From Octopus sinensis (lineage: Eukaryota), in assembly GCF_006345805.1 (NCBI RefSeq), contig NC_042998.1, positions 114,638,001-114,702,000 on the forward strand: a DNA stretch of 64,000 nt. Reading direction: 5' to 3'. The position numbers and the translations under genes were made by a program. Below are positions 1 through 13,644 of the stretch, one piece after another (within the stretch, counting starts at the first letter, position 1; each line of letters opens with the position of its first letter). Under the pieces are notes generated by a model, which was given only the letters and a program-made list of their open reading frames with translations, was not told the origin of the DNA and did not search any database.

Positions 1-74
1 AGAACGTTAAAAGAGACGAAATACCGCTAAGCATTTCGCCCGGCGCATTAACGTTTCTGCCAACTCGCCGCCTT
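1..74 (-). mobile_element. 5' part of tRNA-like SINE (family B), cut by the window edge
   Basis: Matches the head of other family-B copies in the window (for example 16640-16860 and 63715-63915): ...ccgctaagcatttcgcccggcg...ctgccaactcgccgcctt. Confidence 0.7.
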
Positions 75-75
75 T

Positions 76-97
76 ACTGCTGCTGCTGCTGCTGCTG

Positions 98-145
<48 letters not shown>

Positions 146-205
146 CTACTACTACCAATAATAATAATAATAATAATCATAATAATAATAATAATAATGA
201 TAATA
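76..205. repeat. Compound triplet microsatellite (CTG)n(CTA)n(AAT)n
   Basis: Direct inspection. Confidence 0.95.
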
Positions 206-615
206 GAGATCTCTGTGGTAAGAAGCTTGATTTCTAGCCACGTTGTTCCGTGTTCAGTCCCACTGCCTGCACCTTGGGCATATATATTCTATTATAGTCT
301 CGGGCCGACTAAAGCCTTGTGAGTGGATTTGGTTGACAGAAACTGAAATAAGCCCGTTGTATATGTTAGATGTATATATGTTTGTATCCTACTATGCGTC
401 CGTGTTTGTCCCCCACCAACGTTTAACAGCCGGTGTTGTTGTATTTATGGCACTGGGGCTTAGCGGTTCCGCAAAACATTGAGACGATAGAATAAGTACC
501 GGATTTAAAAACAAATATGTGCTGGGATCGATTTATTCTAGAAAAATTCTTCAAGGTATTGTCCCAGCATGGCTATAGTCTGATGACATAAACCTTTAAA
601 AGAATAAAAGAATAA
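206..615 (+). mobile_element. SINE family A
   Basis: Shares the ...gttcagtcccactg...ccttgggc...gccttgtgagtggatttgg...gaaactgaaa...aagcccgt core, the central microsatellite and the ccagcatggc..cagtc..atgac..aaac..aaaaga tail with copies at 5941, 13645, 44457 and 51980. Confidence 0.8.
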
Positions 616-616
616 A

Positions 617-618
617 AT

Positions 619-658
<40 letters not shown>

Positions 659-777
659 GTAATAGCAATAATAATAATAACAATGATATTAATAATAATA
701 ATAATAATAATGGTAATAATAATAATAACAACAACAACAACAACAACCACAACAACAACAACAATAATAATAATAAT
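617..777. repeat. (AAT)n/(AAC)n microsatellite
   Basis: Direct inspection. Confidence 0.95.
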
Positions 778-1323
778 AGTATACCAGGCAGTGGCTCTCA
801 TGGCTTCTCATCTTAACTGGTTGAAAGTGTTATCATGTACATTGTTTTGTCTTGGTATAAAAGATGGGCTTCCACAAATATTCTGCTCAATACCACATAT
901 TTGCTTGTCAGTTGTTTGAGCTTAACCAGTTGAGCATGTCCCTTAGTGGCTGACAATATGTGCATCTCTGATCACGAGCAGAAATAGTGGGAGAGCATCA
1001 TAGCCATGTGTTGAGAGGGATTCTTTTGGGTTTGAATAATTCACCTCTGGAAACATGGGTGTTTCGTTCAAAATCCTTAAACAACCCTTATTCAGGGACC
1101 TTTTGAGCAGGATGGGCTACTTGACCAGAAGAAAATTCTAACTGGGCCCCACCTGCAAGGTCATGTGCTGTTTATCTTCATATGAGATCACCATGTCGCG
1201 CACATATGGTTGTAATGCATGTGCCTAATGTACCCTTATCAGACGGGTAGTCATGACGGGTATACTGGGCTTCGTATATTTTACCCCAGTGTCACTTTGA
1301 TGGCATGCACTGCTCTCTCACTC
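778..1323. mobile_element. ~545 bp non-coding interspersed repeat embedded in (AAT)n, copy 1
   Basis: Colinear end to end with 17022-17563. Both copies begin agta..cca.g.agtggctctc, end gcactgctctctcactc and have (AAT)n on both sides. Confidence 0.8.
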
Positions 1324-1899
1324 AATAATAATAATAATAATAATAATGATAATAATAATAATAATTTATTATTGACAAATAATTACTGACAGATAATACT
1401 GACAAAGTGTTGAACTATATCTGAATAAGTAATACTCATCAAATCTTTTTCAATTTTCCGAATGTAACGATGTATTTTAACTGTTTATCAACTCGTACAA
1501 CACGTGTAATCACGCCTTCCACACTGACAAAGCGCTGGACTACACTCGAGTAAGTATTGGACTGTACCCGAGAAAGTCCATATTGGATTATATCCGATTA
1601 AGTACGCATCACAAACACGTAAGTACGTAAACTAATTAACTATGTATATGCCCTAGTTTTACATAAGCACATTTTAATATTTCAAAATAACATTAAGTAA
1701 TGTATAAAAAAGCGCACATACACACATAAGCGAATCGAATAAAACCAATTGGAAAAGACTAGGCATTATTGATCACAAAAGCATTAATCAGATATGCATA
1801 CCCCGGCATTAAACAAATATATACCCCCACGGAAAAAACGGGTGGTTATTAGTGTTTTATTTGTTTCTTTGACTCGTTTGACTACATTTATTTGTTTAT

Positions 1900-4800
1900 A
1901 ATTATAGAAGCGGCGCTCTCTCTCAAATTGTCTACGCTATTAGATAAGACCCGGAGCCCAGTATTAACACGAAAGTGTTGATGATAATTAGCCAAAATTT
2001 ATGTCGGATCACAGGGAATATTAATAATGACAAATAGTAAAAAAGGAAAATAATAATATCAGTGATGATAATGATAATAATAAAAGGAGGCGGTTGGAAT
2101 CTTCCCATGTCTTGATTGATGATACATCTAGTGACGGTGTCACAATAAAAACACTGGTAATGGCACAAACCTGATAAACGCCACCTCATATGAGCGAGAA
2201 TGAAAAAAACAAAACATTGTGAATATCGGAGGTAATGGAAATGAAAGTCCTCGATGGTGACAATGTTGCACACGGCAGGCTCAGAGATACTGATCCGGCT
2301 CCAGTCTGTCGTTGTCCAGCAATGGACGAGCAAACACGGTGTAGATGGAACAAACAAGTCAATGCTGTGGTCATGGAGTGTTACTAGCTGAGCAGCCCTG
2401 TAGACGAAAATGGCTTTCATATTGAGGGATACCGACAATGTATGTATGATCAATGGAGTGAAAGAGGATAGTTTCAACTCACGGAACAGAGATCATATGA
2501 TCAAGCTAGAGTAATAAGAAAAAACATTGGTTCACTGATGTAGAGATCCAAACTGTCAAAAGACGGGTATTGGGAAACAGCAGCAGAGGAAACGATGAAA
2601 ATACAGTTCTCACTGATAAAAGTAAACTCACAGCAGAAAACAGATTTGAGATCTCTAATAAACTGCTTGATGAGAGATATATAGCTGGTCTAAAAGAAGA
2701 CAATAAAACTAATGGTGACATGGCAGATGGGCAAAAGGCAATGTACGACAGAATAAAGGCAAGACTACAGGAGAACGATAGCGACATTATTTGCAACCTT
2801 AAAAAAGGTTGTTCGGTGGGAATTGAACCAAGAAATGAAAAATGTGAATGCAATTCTGAAATACATCAGAACAGAAAACATTACAGAAAGAATAATTTTG
2901 ATCAAGGTAGCAAGTATTGTTGTAGCAGAAAATGGAGGTATTGATGTCAAGAAAATGAAATGTAATGGGAGTGACGAAAGAAAAGATCTACGGTGGAAAC
3001 GAAGAATACGGGTGAGGTTAGATAACCTCTCGAAAGACATTTCTGTGTTAAACCGAAAAAATAAGGGGAAACTTAAAAGCGAACAGAAATACAGGGCACT
3101 GAACAGGAAGTATGATATTGAAAGAAAGGGCCTGAAAGTGGTAATGGAGAAACTTAAATAGCGTCTCGTTGCAAAGACAGTGGGATATGACCAAAGAATG
3201 AAGGGATACAAGTAGAGTAGGTTATTCACAATAAGTCAGAAGAGATTCTACAAAAAATAACACCAGAGTAGTAAACAATCAAGAGGACAGTGCTGTACTT
3301 GAAAAACATCAAAAAAGGCAATGCTGGTGACAATTACAAGCCGATATTCCCCTTATGTGGAAATTATTGACTAGAATAGTCATAGAGTCTATATACGAAC
3401 ATCTGGTAAAACAAATTGGAGTCCCTACTACATGAGCAGAGGTACCAAGGATCAACTCCAGGTAGACAAAATTGTACTTAGACAAATGCAGCAGGAGGAA
3501 AACTAACTTAGCCATATCCTAGATTATCGTAAGGCATACAATATGATGTCTGTCGCTACTGATCTCTGTACTGCGCATGATATCACTATCACCGATTCTG
3601 AGAAAAGCAAAGGCTGGGTATGCATTCAAGAGCCACCAACAACATGCCAAACACTTGTGGTTCATGGATAACCTCAAACTTTATGATAAAGATGAATCCC
3701 AAGTCAGTTCCCTCGTTGATACAGTGTATACTTTAAGTGCTGATATCAGAATGGAGTTCGGACTGAAAAAAAATATGGTTTGTTAGTCTTGAAGAGAGGC
3801 AAAATCAAATGAATGGACGGGCTATCGATACCTTCAGGGGAGGTTATGAAGCAAGTAGAAGAGACGGACTATAAGTACTTGGGGAATATTGGAAATGGAT
3901 GAATTGATGGAGAAAGAAATGACAGAAAAATTTAAGGTGGAGTAATTGCGCAGACTACGGTTGATCCTTAAGTCGAAATAAGATTGAAACTTACACCTGG
4001 GCGGTTTCACTCCTTAGATATGGAGCAGGGGTAATCGCTTGGATAGTAGCCGAACTAAACAACTGAGACAGAAATACAAGGAAGTTGCTGACTAGATATG
4101 GGACATTCCACCCAAAGAGTGACACAGACAGACTGTGTATACCAAGTAAAATAGGGGGAAGAGCACTTATTTGATGCGAATATAGCATGAGAGCAGAAGA
4201 AAACAACATAGCATGGTATGCAAAAATGCCAAAGAATCGCTAGTATTGGAAGTAAGAAGACTTGTGTAGTTTGGAAGATTGCAAAGATCCGTACAAGCAC
4301 TTGAGAATGAATGAACCCGAAAATAGATGGATAAAGAAAAGAATGCATGGATAATTTCATAGGGATGTTGAAGATAAGACAGACAGAAACAAAAGATGGC
4401 TATGGATGACTAAAAGTGATTTTGAACCGGAAACGGTGGCTCTAAGCTGTGTTACCCAAGAGCAGGCATTAAGAACCAATTACAGAATAGACAACACATC
4501 AGAAATCGATAAGTGCAGACTTTGTGGACCAAATGGTGAAACGGTATGGCATATTAAAAGTCATTAGCACAGAAAGAATATGAGACGTCATGAAAACATA
4601 GCAAAGCTTGTCCATTGGATACTTTGCATCAAGTATGGACTTGAGAGAGCAGAAGATTGGTGCGAACATAAAGCCGAAGGCATCATCGAATATGGTAATG
4701 CGGAGATCGTATGGGATTTTACGACTCATTGTGACCATAAGATAGAAAATAGGAAACCAGACACAGTATTAATTGAGAATGCCATAGACTTGCCAAAACT

Positions 4801-5397
4801 CACTACAGTTTGTGGTGATACGACCAATGTACACCACTAGCCTAGAAGGAATATAAGAGACGCCACGACAATATAGCAAGGCTTGTCCATTGGACATTTT
4901 GCAACAAGTATGAACTTGGCAGAGCCAAAAATTGCTATGACCACAAACTCGAAATCAGCATCGAAAATGATAACGCAAAGATCCTGTGTGATTAAATGAT
5001 TCAGTGAGACCATGGGATAGAAAATAGGAAGCCAGACATAGTCTTAATTGAGAAAGAAAGCAAACTGTATAGTATTCCCAGCTGACAACGAGGTATGCAA
5101 TAAGGAAGAAAGAAAAGTCGATAGATATGACAGGTTAGCTTGGGAGTTTAAGCAGTTGTTTTCGAGGAAAAAGGTGGTAGTAGTACCCATAATTGTCGAA
5201 TCCCTGGGAACAGTGAGTAAAATCTTGAGAAGCACATGAAACAAATAGGGACTGCAGTAAGGGTGGAGCACTTGCAGAAAACTGCACTACTTGGAACCAC
5301 TTGAATACTCCAGAAGGTGCTCGAAAAATAAGAGGGGCTACCTTAGTTCACTGGTAGTGAATAGCTGACACTGTAGCGTTAGAAAGTGTGTAAAGGC
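1900..5397 (+). mobile_element. Decayed, near full-length R4/Dong-clade non-LTR retrotransposon (RT plus restriction-like endonuclease)
   Basis: Interrupted ORF. N-terminal RWNKQVNAVVMECY..GYRQ..W..RG.FQLTEQR..DQAR at ~2335-2520; RT motif HLWFMDNLKLY...MEFGLKK at ~3650-3770; CCHC-region KCRLCG..ETVWHI at ~4510; endonuclease NRKPDIVLIEK...RKVDRYDRL...VVVPIIV at ~5025-5200. 3' end runs into (AAC/AAT)n. The 5' boundary is approximate. Confidence 0.85.
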
Positions 5398-5424
5398 AAT
5401 AACAACAAGAACAACAACAACAAC

Positions 5425-5462
<38 letters not shown>
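5398..5462. repeat. (AAC)n(AAT)n tract at the 3' end of the Dong-like element
   Basis: Direct inspection. Confidence 0.9.
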
Positions 5463-5940
5463 AAACAATAATATCCAGACAAATACATAACAAAAACACC
5501 AAGACTAACAAGTATATATTAGATACAAAAAATAGCAGTACTATGCATCGCATGCATCCTACGCAAAACACTTTCAATACAGTAAAAATAAGAGTATGAC
5601 AACAAACCACGGCACATATGTTATATTATTAATGGGCACCTTTTCCATTTTGATTACCTTCATCTTCATCTTCAGCATCAAGATAACATTAAAACCTATT
5701 GCAAGCTACTTACCACACAGCAACTCCTGCGCGCCTTATCGTCATATATCGATTAACATTCAATGGCACGTTTTTTTTCAGAAATTTTTTTGTTCAGCCT
5801 TGTGTATGTACACTGTACTCTTTAATAATCGTTTTTTTTTCATAGAGTTTGGTTTGTTTCGACGAGAACGGAGGAAACCACTGTATGTATGTATGTATGT
5901 ATGTATGTATGTATGTATGTGTGTGTGTGTGTAAAAGCAT

Positions 5941-6385
5941 AGGCGCAGACGTAGCTGTGTGGTAATGCTTCCCAACCACATGATTTCGAGTTCAGTTCCA
6001 CTGCTTGGCACCTTGGACAAGTGTCTTCTACTATAGCTTCTGGGAGACCAAACCCTGATAAGTAGATTTCGTTGATGGAAACAGAAAGAAGCCGTCCTAT
6101 AAATATGTGTGTTGTGTGTGCGTGTATGTATCTATGTATGTGAGTCTTTGTATCTGTGTTTGTTCCCCCCTACCATCACCACCACTTGACAACCAGTGTT
6201 GGTGTGTTTATGTCCCAGTAACTTAGCAGCTCGTCAAAAAACGCCGATAGAATAAGTCTAGTCTTAATAAATATCAGGCTTAAAAAGAAAGCAAAGTCGG
6301 GAGTCCGTTCGTTCGGTTAAAATTCTTCAAAGTGCTGCCCCAGCTTGGGCGCAATCTAATGACTGAAACAAGGAAAAGATAAAAG
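5941..6385 (+). mobile_element. SINE family A, full length
   Basis: tRNA-like head (gtagctgtgtggta... gagttcagttcc), shared core, central (TG/TATG) tract and shared tail. Confidence 0.85.
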
Positions 6386-6954
6386 TTTTATATATATATA
6401 TATATATATATATAAACACACACAAACACACACACATATGTATGTATGTATATGCATTTCTCTGTCTATATATATGAGTACGTTTGAGTATGTTTGAGTC
6501 TGTTTGTATTTCTGCGTTTTTATATTCATATATTCCTACGTTGCTATATCCATTTGAAACGAACACTTTTAACTTCCACTAAGAATAATGTTATTTTGCA
6601 ATATTCAATTTGCAAAAAGAAAAAAAAAACATAAACAAAGAAACAAAAATAGATAAATGAATAAAATAAAATAAGAATAAAAGTAAATACTATAAAAAAT
6701 ATAAATTTTTTTCTTTAACCATTCCTCTGTTGTAAATATTCATATAAACACTACCACAGAAGAAATTATACACAGTCATGCTCACACACATAAAAGCAAA
6801 TACATGCGCACAGAAAAAAATCACAATATGCACTCGCTGCTATACACATGCATTGAAGTATACAAACGAAAGTGGGAGTATAACTTCCACAAAGAACTTT
6901 TAATTTGAAAAGGAACTAGCGAAATTCTTGTCTTCCGTTTTGTTTACAAAATCA

Positions 6955-7107
6955 TATTGATGATGAAGATGATGATGATAATGATGATGATGATGATGGT
7001 TAAGATGAGAATCATGGTTATGATTATGATGATGGTAATAATAATAATAATAATAATGATGATGATGATGATGATGATAATTAATAATAATAATAATGAT
7101 AATAATG

Positions 7108-7164
<57 letters not shown>

Positions 7165-7175
7165 TAATGATGATG

Positions 7176-7215
<40 letters not shown>

Positions 7216-7310
7216 GAAGAAGAAGAAGAAGAAGAAAGAAGAAGAAGAAGAAGAAGGAGAAGAAAATAAGAATAATAATAAGAATAAAATAATAATAACA
7301 ACAACAACCG
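6955..7310. repeat. Compound (ATG)n(AAT)n(AAG)n microsatellite
   Basis: Direct inspection; source of the poly-M/I/N/R/K ORFs. Confidence 0.95.
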
Positions 7311-7424
7311 CAGTTACAATTTTCAAGTTGGTAAAAGCAACGTAAACAAAATTAATAATAAATTATTGAATATTGTTAGTAATTTTGTTATTGAGCTTTC
7401 AATAAATAGAATTGAAAACATCGC

Positions 7425-7640
<216 letters not shown>

Positions 7641-10019
7641 ATTGTCGTTATTATTATATGATTTTGATTATAATTTCATTTCAACTCCATTCGCTTATAA
7701 CGACTTTATACAGCCAAATACTTGCTCTTTACACAGACAATTGTTAGTTTTATTATGGTACGGATCTAAACATTCTGACTTTCATTTGTCTCCTGTTTTC
7801 TCTGTTGTGGCAAAGCCAAGTTTTACCGCATTTAGCCATTGACAATAGCCATATTTCATTATAATAGCCTTCTTTACAAATTATGGAACAGCTTTTCAAG
7901 TTAGCGTGTTTCCTTTACACCGTATCAAATACTATCAATAGCGTATTACAATTCAAAAACACAACTAAAACACCACTGTTCGCTATCAGGCACTTGTACG
8001 AATTTTGTCAGAAAATCAAAGTTTTAATTCCGTAGAATTTTGTTTGTTTATATTAAGTTTGTTTACGTATTTGTTACAATTCTTCTTTATTGACATACAT
8101 TTCTATATTTTTCTTTTTCTTTCCTTCTTGTTTAGTCTAAAATTCCTTATGTTGGTAGGGAGATTGTGTTCAAATCTTCAGAATGAAAAGCCATTGTTTG
8201 TGTGCTGTGTTTCCTGTCCAAAGCTGTTTTCTTAAATTTCTAAAGTAAAACTTGCTCCTAGAGGCTATTTTCGTAACCAATAATCAACAATTTTCAACTT
8301 GCAAAGAACGTCAACTATGTGTATACAACGGTGAGTGTCGAATATTCAAAAGTGGCATCAATGTTATCAATAGGGTGAAGAAGAGACAGACGAGAGGATG
8401 AAAGAGAGAAAATGATAGAGAAAGGGAGAGAAAGAGAGAAAGAGGAGTAAAAGGGAGACGTGTGAGAGAATGACATTGAATGAGAGTGACTGAATGGATG
8501 ACTTAGTGAATGAGTGGGTGAGAATAAGCGACAAGCAATGAATGAAAAAAAACCAATAATAACAAGCATAACATAACAATCACAACACAAAACAATATAC
8601 AACAAAACAATAGGAAAAAAGGTCGACAACAACGAAGACATTTCACTATTGAATTATGGAATCAAAGAGAATTCGCAATGTTTATATTATATGAATAGCG
8701 AAATACCAAAAGAGCAGTTAGTGACGAATATAAGATGTCATCAACAAGAGCAAAATAACTGTTTTGGAAGAGTCCATATTGAAAACTTCTTTAACATGGC
8801 AAAGAGCAATAGGCTCGCCTATTATGTAGCGTAGAAACATGTTAAGGTCTTCTCTGAAATGACGCCGAACTGTTGAAGACCAAAACCAAACAAAAGATAC
8901 TATAAGATTTGAGGAAATTTAAGAATTACGATATTGTATGGAAGATATGTTTTGAAAACATCGAGATAAATGAATAGCATGCTGTTAGGTTGCTTACAGC
9001 TACAACTGTCTTTTATATCTAATGTTTGTTATTTTAAAATTCATGAATATATGTCTCGAAAACTGTTGGTTAAGTTTAAATTAGAATGTTGCGAGTTTAG
9101 CAGAGTTGTTATTTGTATGTCAATAAAGAATGTGGGTTGCTGATATTTAGAAATAATGCTTAGTTTCCTATTTTCATATCAAATATATTTACAGTCTTTG
9201 AAACTGAAAGCAATAACATATTTATGAAAGAACAAAATTTCATTTTGCTGTTAGAATTTCCCATTATGATTTATGATAATAATTAATTTGTACTAATTTG
9301 AGATTATAAAGAAAATAACAGACGGTTATAGTGAAGTTAGTAAATATGACTAAATGCAAGATTCTAACGGCATATGAGTTAAAATTAAACCTTAAAACGA
9401 TAACACATAAACGAGTTTACAGTGGTACTTGAAATAACTCAGTAGACACATATGCGAAACCAGTCTGTTTTTTAAAAATTCATTGTTCAGTTGAATATCA
9501 GACTTGAATGTGGTATGGCTATTAGAAATATATTAAATTCTAGACATTGCTTAAAACCTTTCTATACATATTTTTACATGACTGCGTCAGAGAAAGATCA
9601 GGAAGTTACACACGTATCGGGATCGAGATCAAATATCTAGTGAAAGCGGACTACGCTAAAGACGCCCAATCAAATACACCTCCCAAAAGAGGATCCTTTA
9701 CACGGATGACTTTTCCTAAATTTCATTATAATAGATTTGGCCTGAGTGAGCCCATAGTTAAAGATGCCAAACTGTAAAATTGGACTTGAGTGCCACGTAC
9801 TTCTTAAGACCACCGACCCTGCAACTTTATATAATAGTGAATACAATGAAAACGTTGCGAAAAGATCAGGATTATAATAGTTTGAATAAATGTTAAGTAT
9901 TACTTAAGTATCTTGTACGCTTCTTCTTGAATATGAGCTAACATTAACATATATAATACATGACCAAATAAAAAGCTAAATTCAAATAACTATACAACGA
10001 TAAAATTATTAATTCTTAC

Positions 10020-10210
10020 ATAGAGGGTTGAGCTGACAGAATAGTTAGCACGATGGAGAAGATCTTTAACAGCCTTTCGCCCTTCTTCACGTTCTTTGTT
10101 CAAATGCATGTGGGTCAACTTTGCCTTTTTATCATTTCGAGGGCGTATCAATTGAGAACTTTGGCCAATATAATCGACTAGCCATCTCCATCAACATGTC
10201 TGGCCTTGTG
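10020..10210 (+). mobile_element. Degenerate SINE family B
   Basis: gagctgacagaatagttagcac...gtcaactttgcctttt...ctggccttgtgc matches the other family-B copies. Confidence 0.6.
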
Positions 10211-10214
10211 CTTA

Positions 10215-11318
10215 TAGAAATTTTGTTCTTATTTCAGTCATTGGACTGCGGAGGCACTTCCTTGAAGCGTTTAGTTGGACTAATCGACACTAGTACTTAA
10301 TCTTTCTAAATCCAGCTATTAATCTAACGATTCCGTTTGTTGGATCGCTTTGTAACAGCAATAAACAAACCAACACCTGCCGTCAAACGGTGCAGAGACA
10401 AGCGCGCATACGCACATATACGCACAGCACAACACTATGCACGCGCGCACACATATACAGGATGGTCCAAAAGTCACCAAGAGATTGCAATATTTAATAA
10501 CTATCTTGGAATTTAATTTCTTTTATTTTTCACGGAATTGGAGTCTCTCGGGCGTCGCTTTAACGTATTCTGAAAACCTTGAACTTTTTTCCGTAAAAAA
10601 TCTAGTTGGTACAACTTGTGAAGCCACCAGATTATGCCCATAGACTGCAATGTGAAGTTAGCTTTCGCGAATTAGCAAGAAAAGGTAGCGAATTTATTCG
10701 CAAGCTTATATTTTCAGTTGAAGACCTATTTCATTTCAATGGCATAATTAAGAAACGAAACTGTGGGATTTGAGGTTCGGAAAATCTTAGGGCATTTCCC
10801 TAAAAAGTAATTGCATCTCCGGAAGTGTTCAATCTAGTGTGGGGTGACATCAGAATAAGTGATCGGACCTTACTTTTCGAAGACGATGACGGGAAACCTG
10901 ACACTATTACAGGAGATGAATAATGGTCTCTGACTGAAAATACTTTACTCCAGCGGTTCGAGATAAAGCTGACATGAGGTTCCAAAAGGGCAAAGTCACA
11001 GTTCACACAATAAGGAGCACAATCAATACCAAAGACTTATTTTGGGGGGAAGAATAATTTCCCACGGTTGTGACATATGCTGGCCATCACATTCTTCAGA
11101 TCTGACGACTCCTGACAACTTCCTATTGTCAACGAAAACATTTATGCTAACATGTTTCAGCCACTCCGATAGCTTAAGAATAATATTCAGGCTGAAATAG
11201 GAGTAATAGAACCTGAAATATTAAGGGCTGTTATGGAACACGCCTTAGAAAGGACATGTTTTTTCGAAGCACAAAACGAACGCTGTTTACGAGATTCGGT
11301 TTTTCATACGTAGTGTTA

Positions 11319-11359
<41 letters not shown>

Positions 11360-11575
11360 ATATATATTATATATATATATATTATATATATATATATATA
11401 CATATATACTGTATATGATACTATAGTATTGCAAATAATTAAAAAAAGTTAAACATTCAAACCCCTTCGTAACTTTTGGCCCAGCCTGTATATACGCGAT
11501 GAGCTACACAATTTCCATCTAACAAATTCCGTCATAAAGCATTGGTCAGTCTGGGGTTATTCCACTCTGTCAGAC
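10215..11575 (-). mobile_element. Degenerate SINE family A split by a DNA transposon
   Basis: The 3' half (tttcagtcattggactgcgg...) lies at 10215-10430 and the core (tttccatctaacaaattcc..aaagcattggtcag) resumes at ~11495-11570, on either side of the 10458-11488 element. Confidence 0.55.
10458..11488 (+). mobile_element. Tc1/mariner-superfamily remnant (DDxD, rosa/maT-like)
   Basis: TIRs TA|caggatggtccaaaagt and acttttggcccagcctg|TA. Decayed transposase motifs GPYFFEDDDG.P.TITG (~10860-10915) and WPSHSSDLTTPDNFL (~11080-11125). Confidence 0.8.
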
Positions 11576-11592
11576 TACATCTATCAGACTAC

Positions 11593-11676
<84 letters not shown>

Positions 11677-11690
11677 GTTTTCTTTCTATC
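11576..11690. repeat. (TATC)n microsatellite
   Basis: Direct inspection. Confidence 0.95.
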
Positions 11691-13644
11691 TTTCTACCTC
11701 TCTCTCTTACCGTTTATATTCGCTTCAATCAAATAGGGGGAAGGGTGTAAGCATCTATATGAGCTACGTAGATATAGTGCGATAGCTGATTAGAAGAAAG
11801 AGTGCGTGAGTGTGTGTGTATCTGTCTGTCTCGCTCTCTCTCTCGTTCTCTCTCTCTTTCTCTCTCTATATATACACACACACACATACATAAGTTCTAT
11901 TATTATCATGATTTGCGATAGATGACATTTATTCAGTTTTAAAAACAGAATATTATTTCGGAAAGAAGTATATTCCATTTCAATGTTATATTTCTATTTC
12001 TTTTACGAGTGAAGCAGAGAAATAAACGCAAAGATGAACAAATAATGCACATTTCTGCGTATGTGAAACAGAAACCTAAACCTTTTAATGAAATGTTGTA
12101 TGAATTGTCATCAGAATTTATAGCCTACAAGATATTTGTATCCATCGAAAATATGATTGATGCTGACAGTATTCCTGTTATCTATTCTCTTTTACTTTGA
12201 TACTTGTTTTCTTAGGCATTTGTTCGCGCTTGTGCAGTCATATATATTTCACTTCGCGAGCAGATACAAACACACACAGACACACACATGTTAATGCATA
12301 TATTTATATATATGAATATATATATATATATATATTCATACAAACAGACATACATACGCAGAAACACTCATATACACGCGCACGCACACACGCATAAAAG
12401 TAGATAGAAAGATGAGTATGTTTTATACCTTACACTAAACAATACAGAAGTTATGTATGTATTACTTTGGAGGAATTGATATTAAACTTAGCATCAAACT
12501 ACATTCGATATATGAAAATGCATTAAACGAATTTTTCCTATTGTATTGGCAACCTTTCTAAAACAAAGCGGGAGATTTTCCAGAAGTACTCAAGCTGGTA
12601 GAAATAAGAGTCACATTTCTCTCAATCTGAGCGCTTAAATGTTAAGACAAGGAAGATGCGTTCGATAACATAGTCTTGGTTGCATTGTCTTAATATAAGA
12701 TAGATGGTCATTTGTGGAACGCTTCGATGATTGATCTTATACCTTAAAGCTGATCTGATCTAAACAACAATATCAATGGGGATACTTACTCCCGTTAAGT
12801 GAATGATGCAATTTCAGCTTTCATGAAAGCTGAAGAGCTAAAAGCTCGACAAAGTATGAAACAATTTTTCCCATTTCAATACAAGCTTCAAGAATATCAG
12901 GAACTTCTATTCAGATATTTGTATTATCTTTGCTCTTATGTAATAATAGAACTATCGTATTCATATCGGTGGTTAGCGGCAAAGGGAATCTGTAGAACTT
13001 CGAAGGAAACATTTAAATGTATCTAGTTATGTACATATTCCTTCTCTGGAATGCTATAGTTCTGCTTTCCATAAGTGTTGGACATACATAAGAGTAAAAC
13101 TGCATGTGTGAAAGACGTGCAAACGAGCATGAAATGTGTACAATGTTAAACAGTGAAAAATTAAATTGTAAATTCTCTTGAATTGTAATGACAATGTCTA
13201 TACCTTCAGCAGATTTACAGTACCAGCTTTAATATCTTGCTCTAGCTCAGTAATACAGTCGTGAAATGTGATTCTAAATTCGGCAATACAAGAAATCAAC
13301 TAACTACGCCACATGCTAGACAATCTATTTGCAACTTAACAACTGTACCTCATAACAAGCAAAGTTGGTTGGAATACTAATGATCACCAACAAGCAAGAT
13401 GGAAATCATTAAAATTGTCCATAATATAGATGCTTGCTACATATTTGTAATGACTATAAAAATCGATTATAACTACAGCAGCAAAACTTGCAGAATAAAC
13501 TGGATTAGACATCTAAATGCAAAAGTCTAAGCCTAATGCAGCAACTAAAACAGACATACTGATAGTACATATTTTAACAGTGGCGGGCAACTCTGTTGAC
13601 TTTCTATGTATTCGCAAACTTTTTAAAAGAAATCTGGATGTATT

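Noticed and set aside
1535-1604. Three degenerate ~24 bp tandem units (tggac...cgag.aagt)
   Set aside because: Too short and degenerate, with no spacers; not CRISPR-like and no further structure.
1945-1990. GAAA-tetraloop hairpin (1963-1982) near the Dong 5' end as a possible HDV-like or twister ribozyme
   Set aside because: I could not build the nested pseudoknot or find the catalytic residues; it is only a simple hairpin.
12818-12853. 36 nt AG/GT-bounded open segment (FMKAEELKARQ)
   Set aside because: Weak polypyrimidine tract and no recognisable homology; expected by chance in 64 kb.
13040-13640. Possible very old Dong/R4 RT fragment (FTVPALI, GWNTND)
   Set aside because: Similarity is too patchy to support without an alignment.
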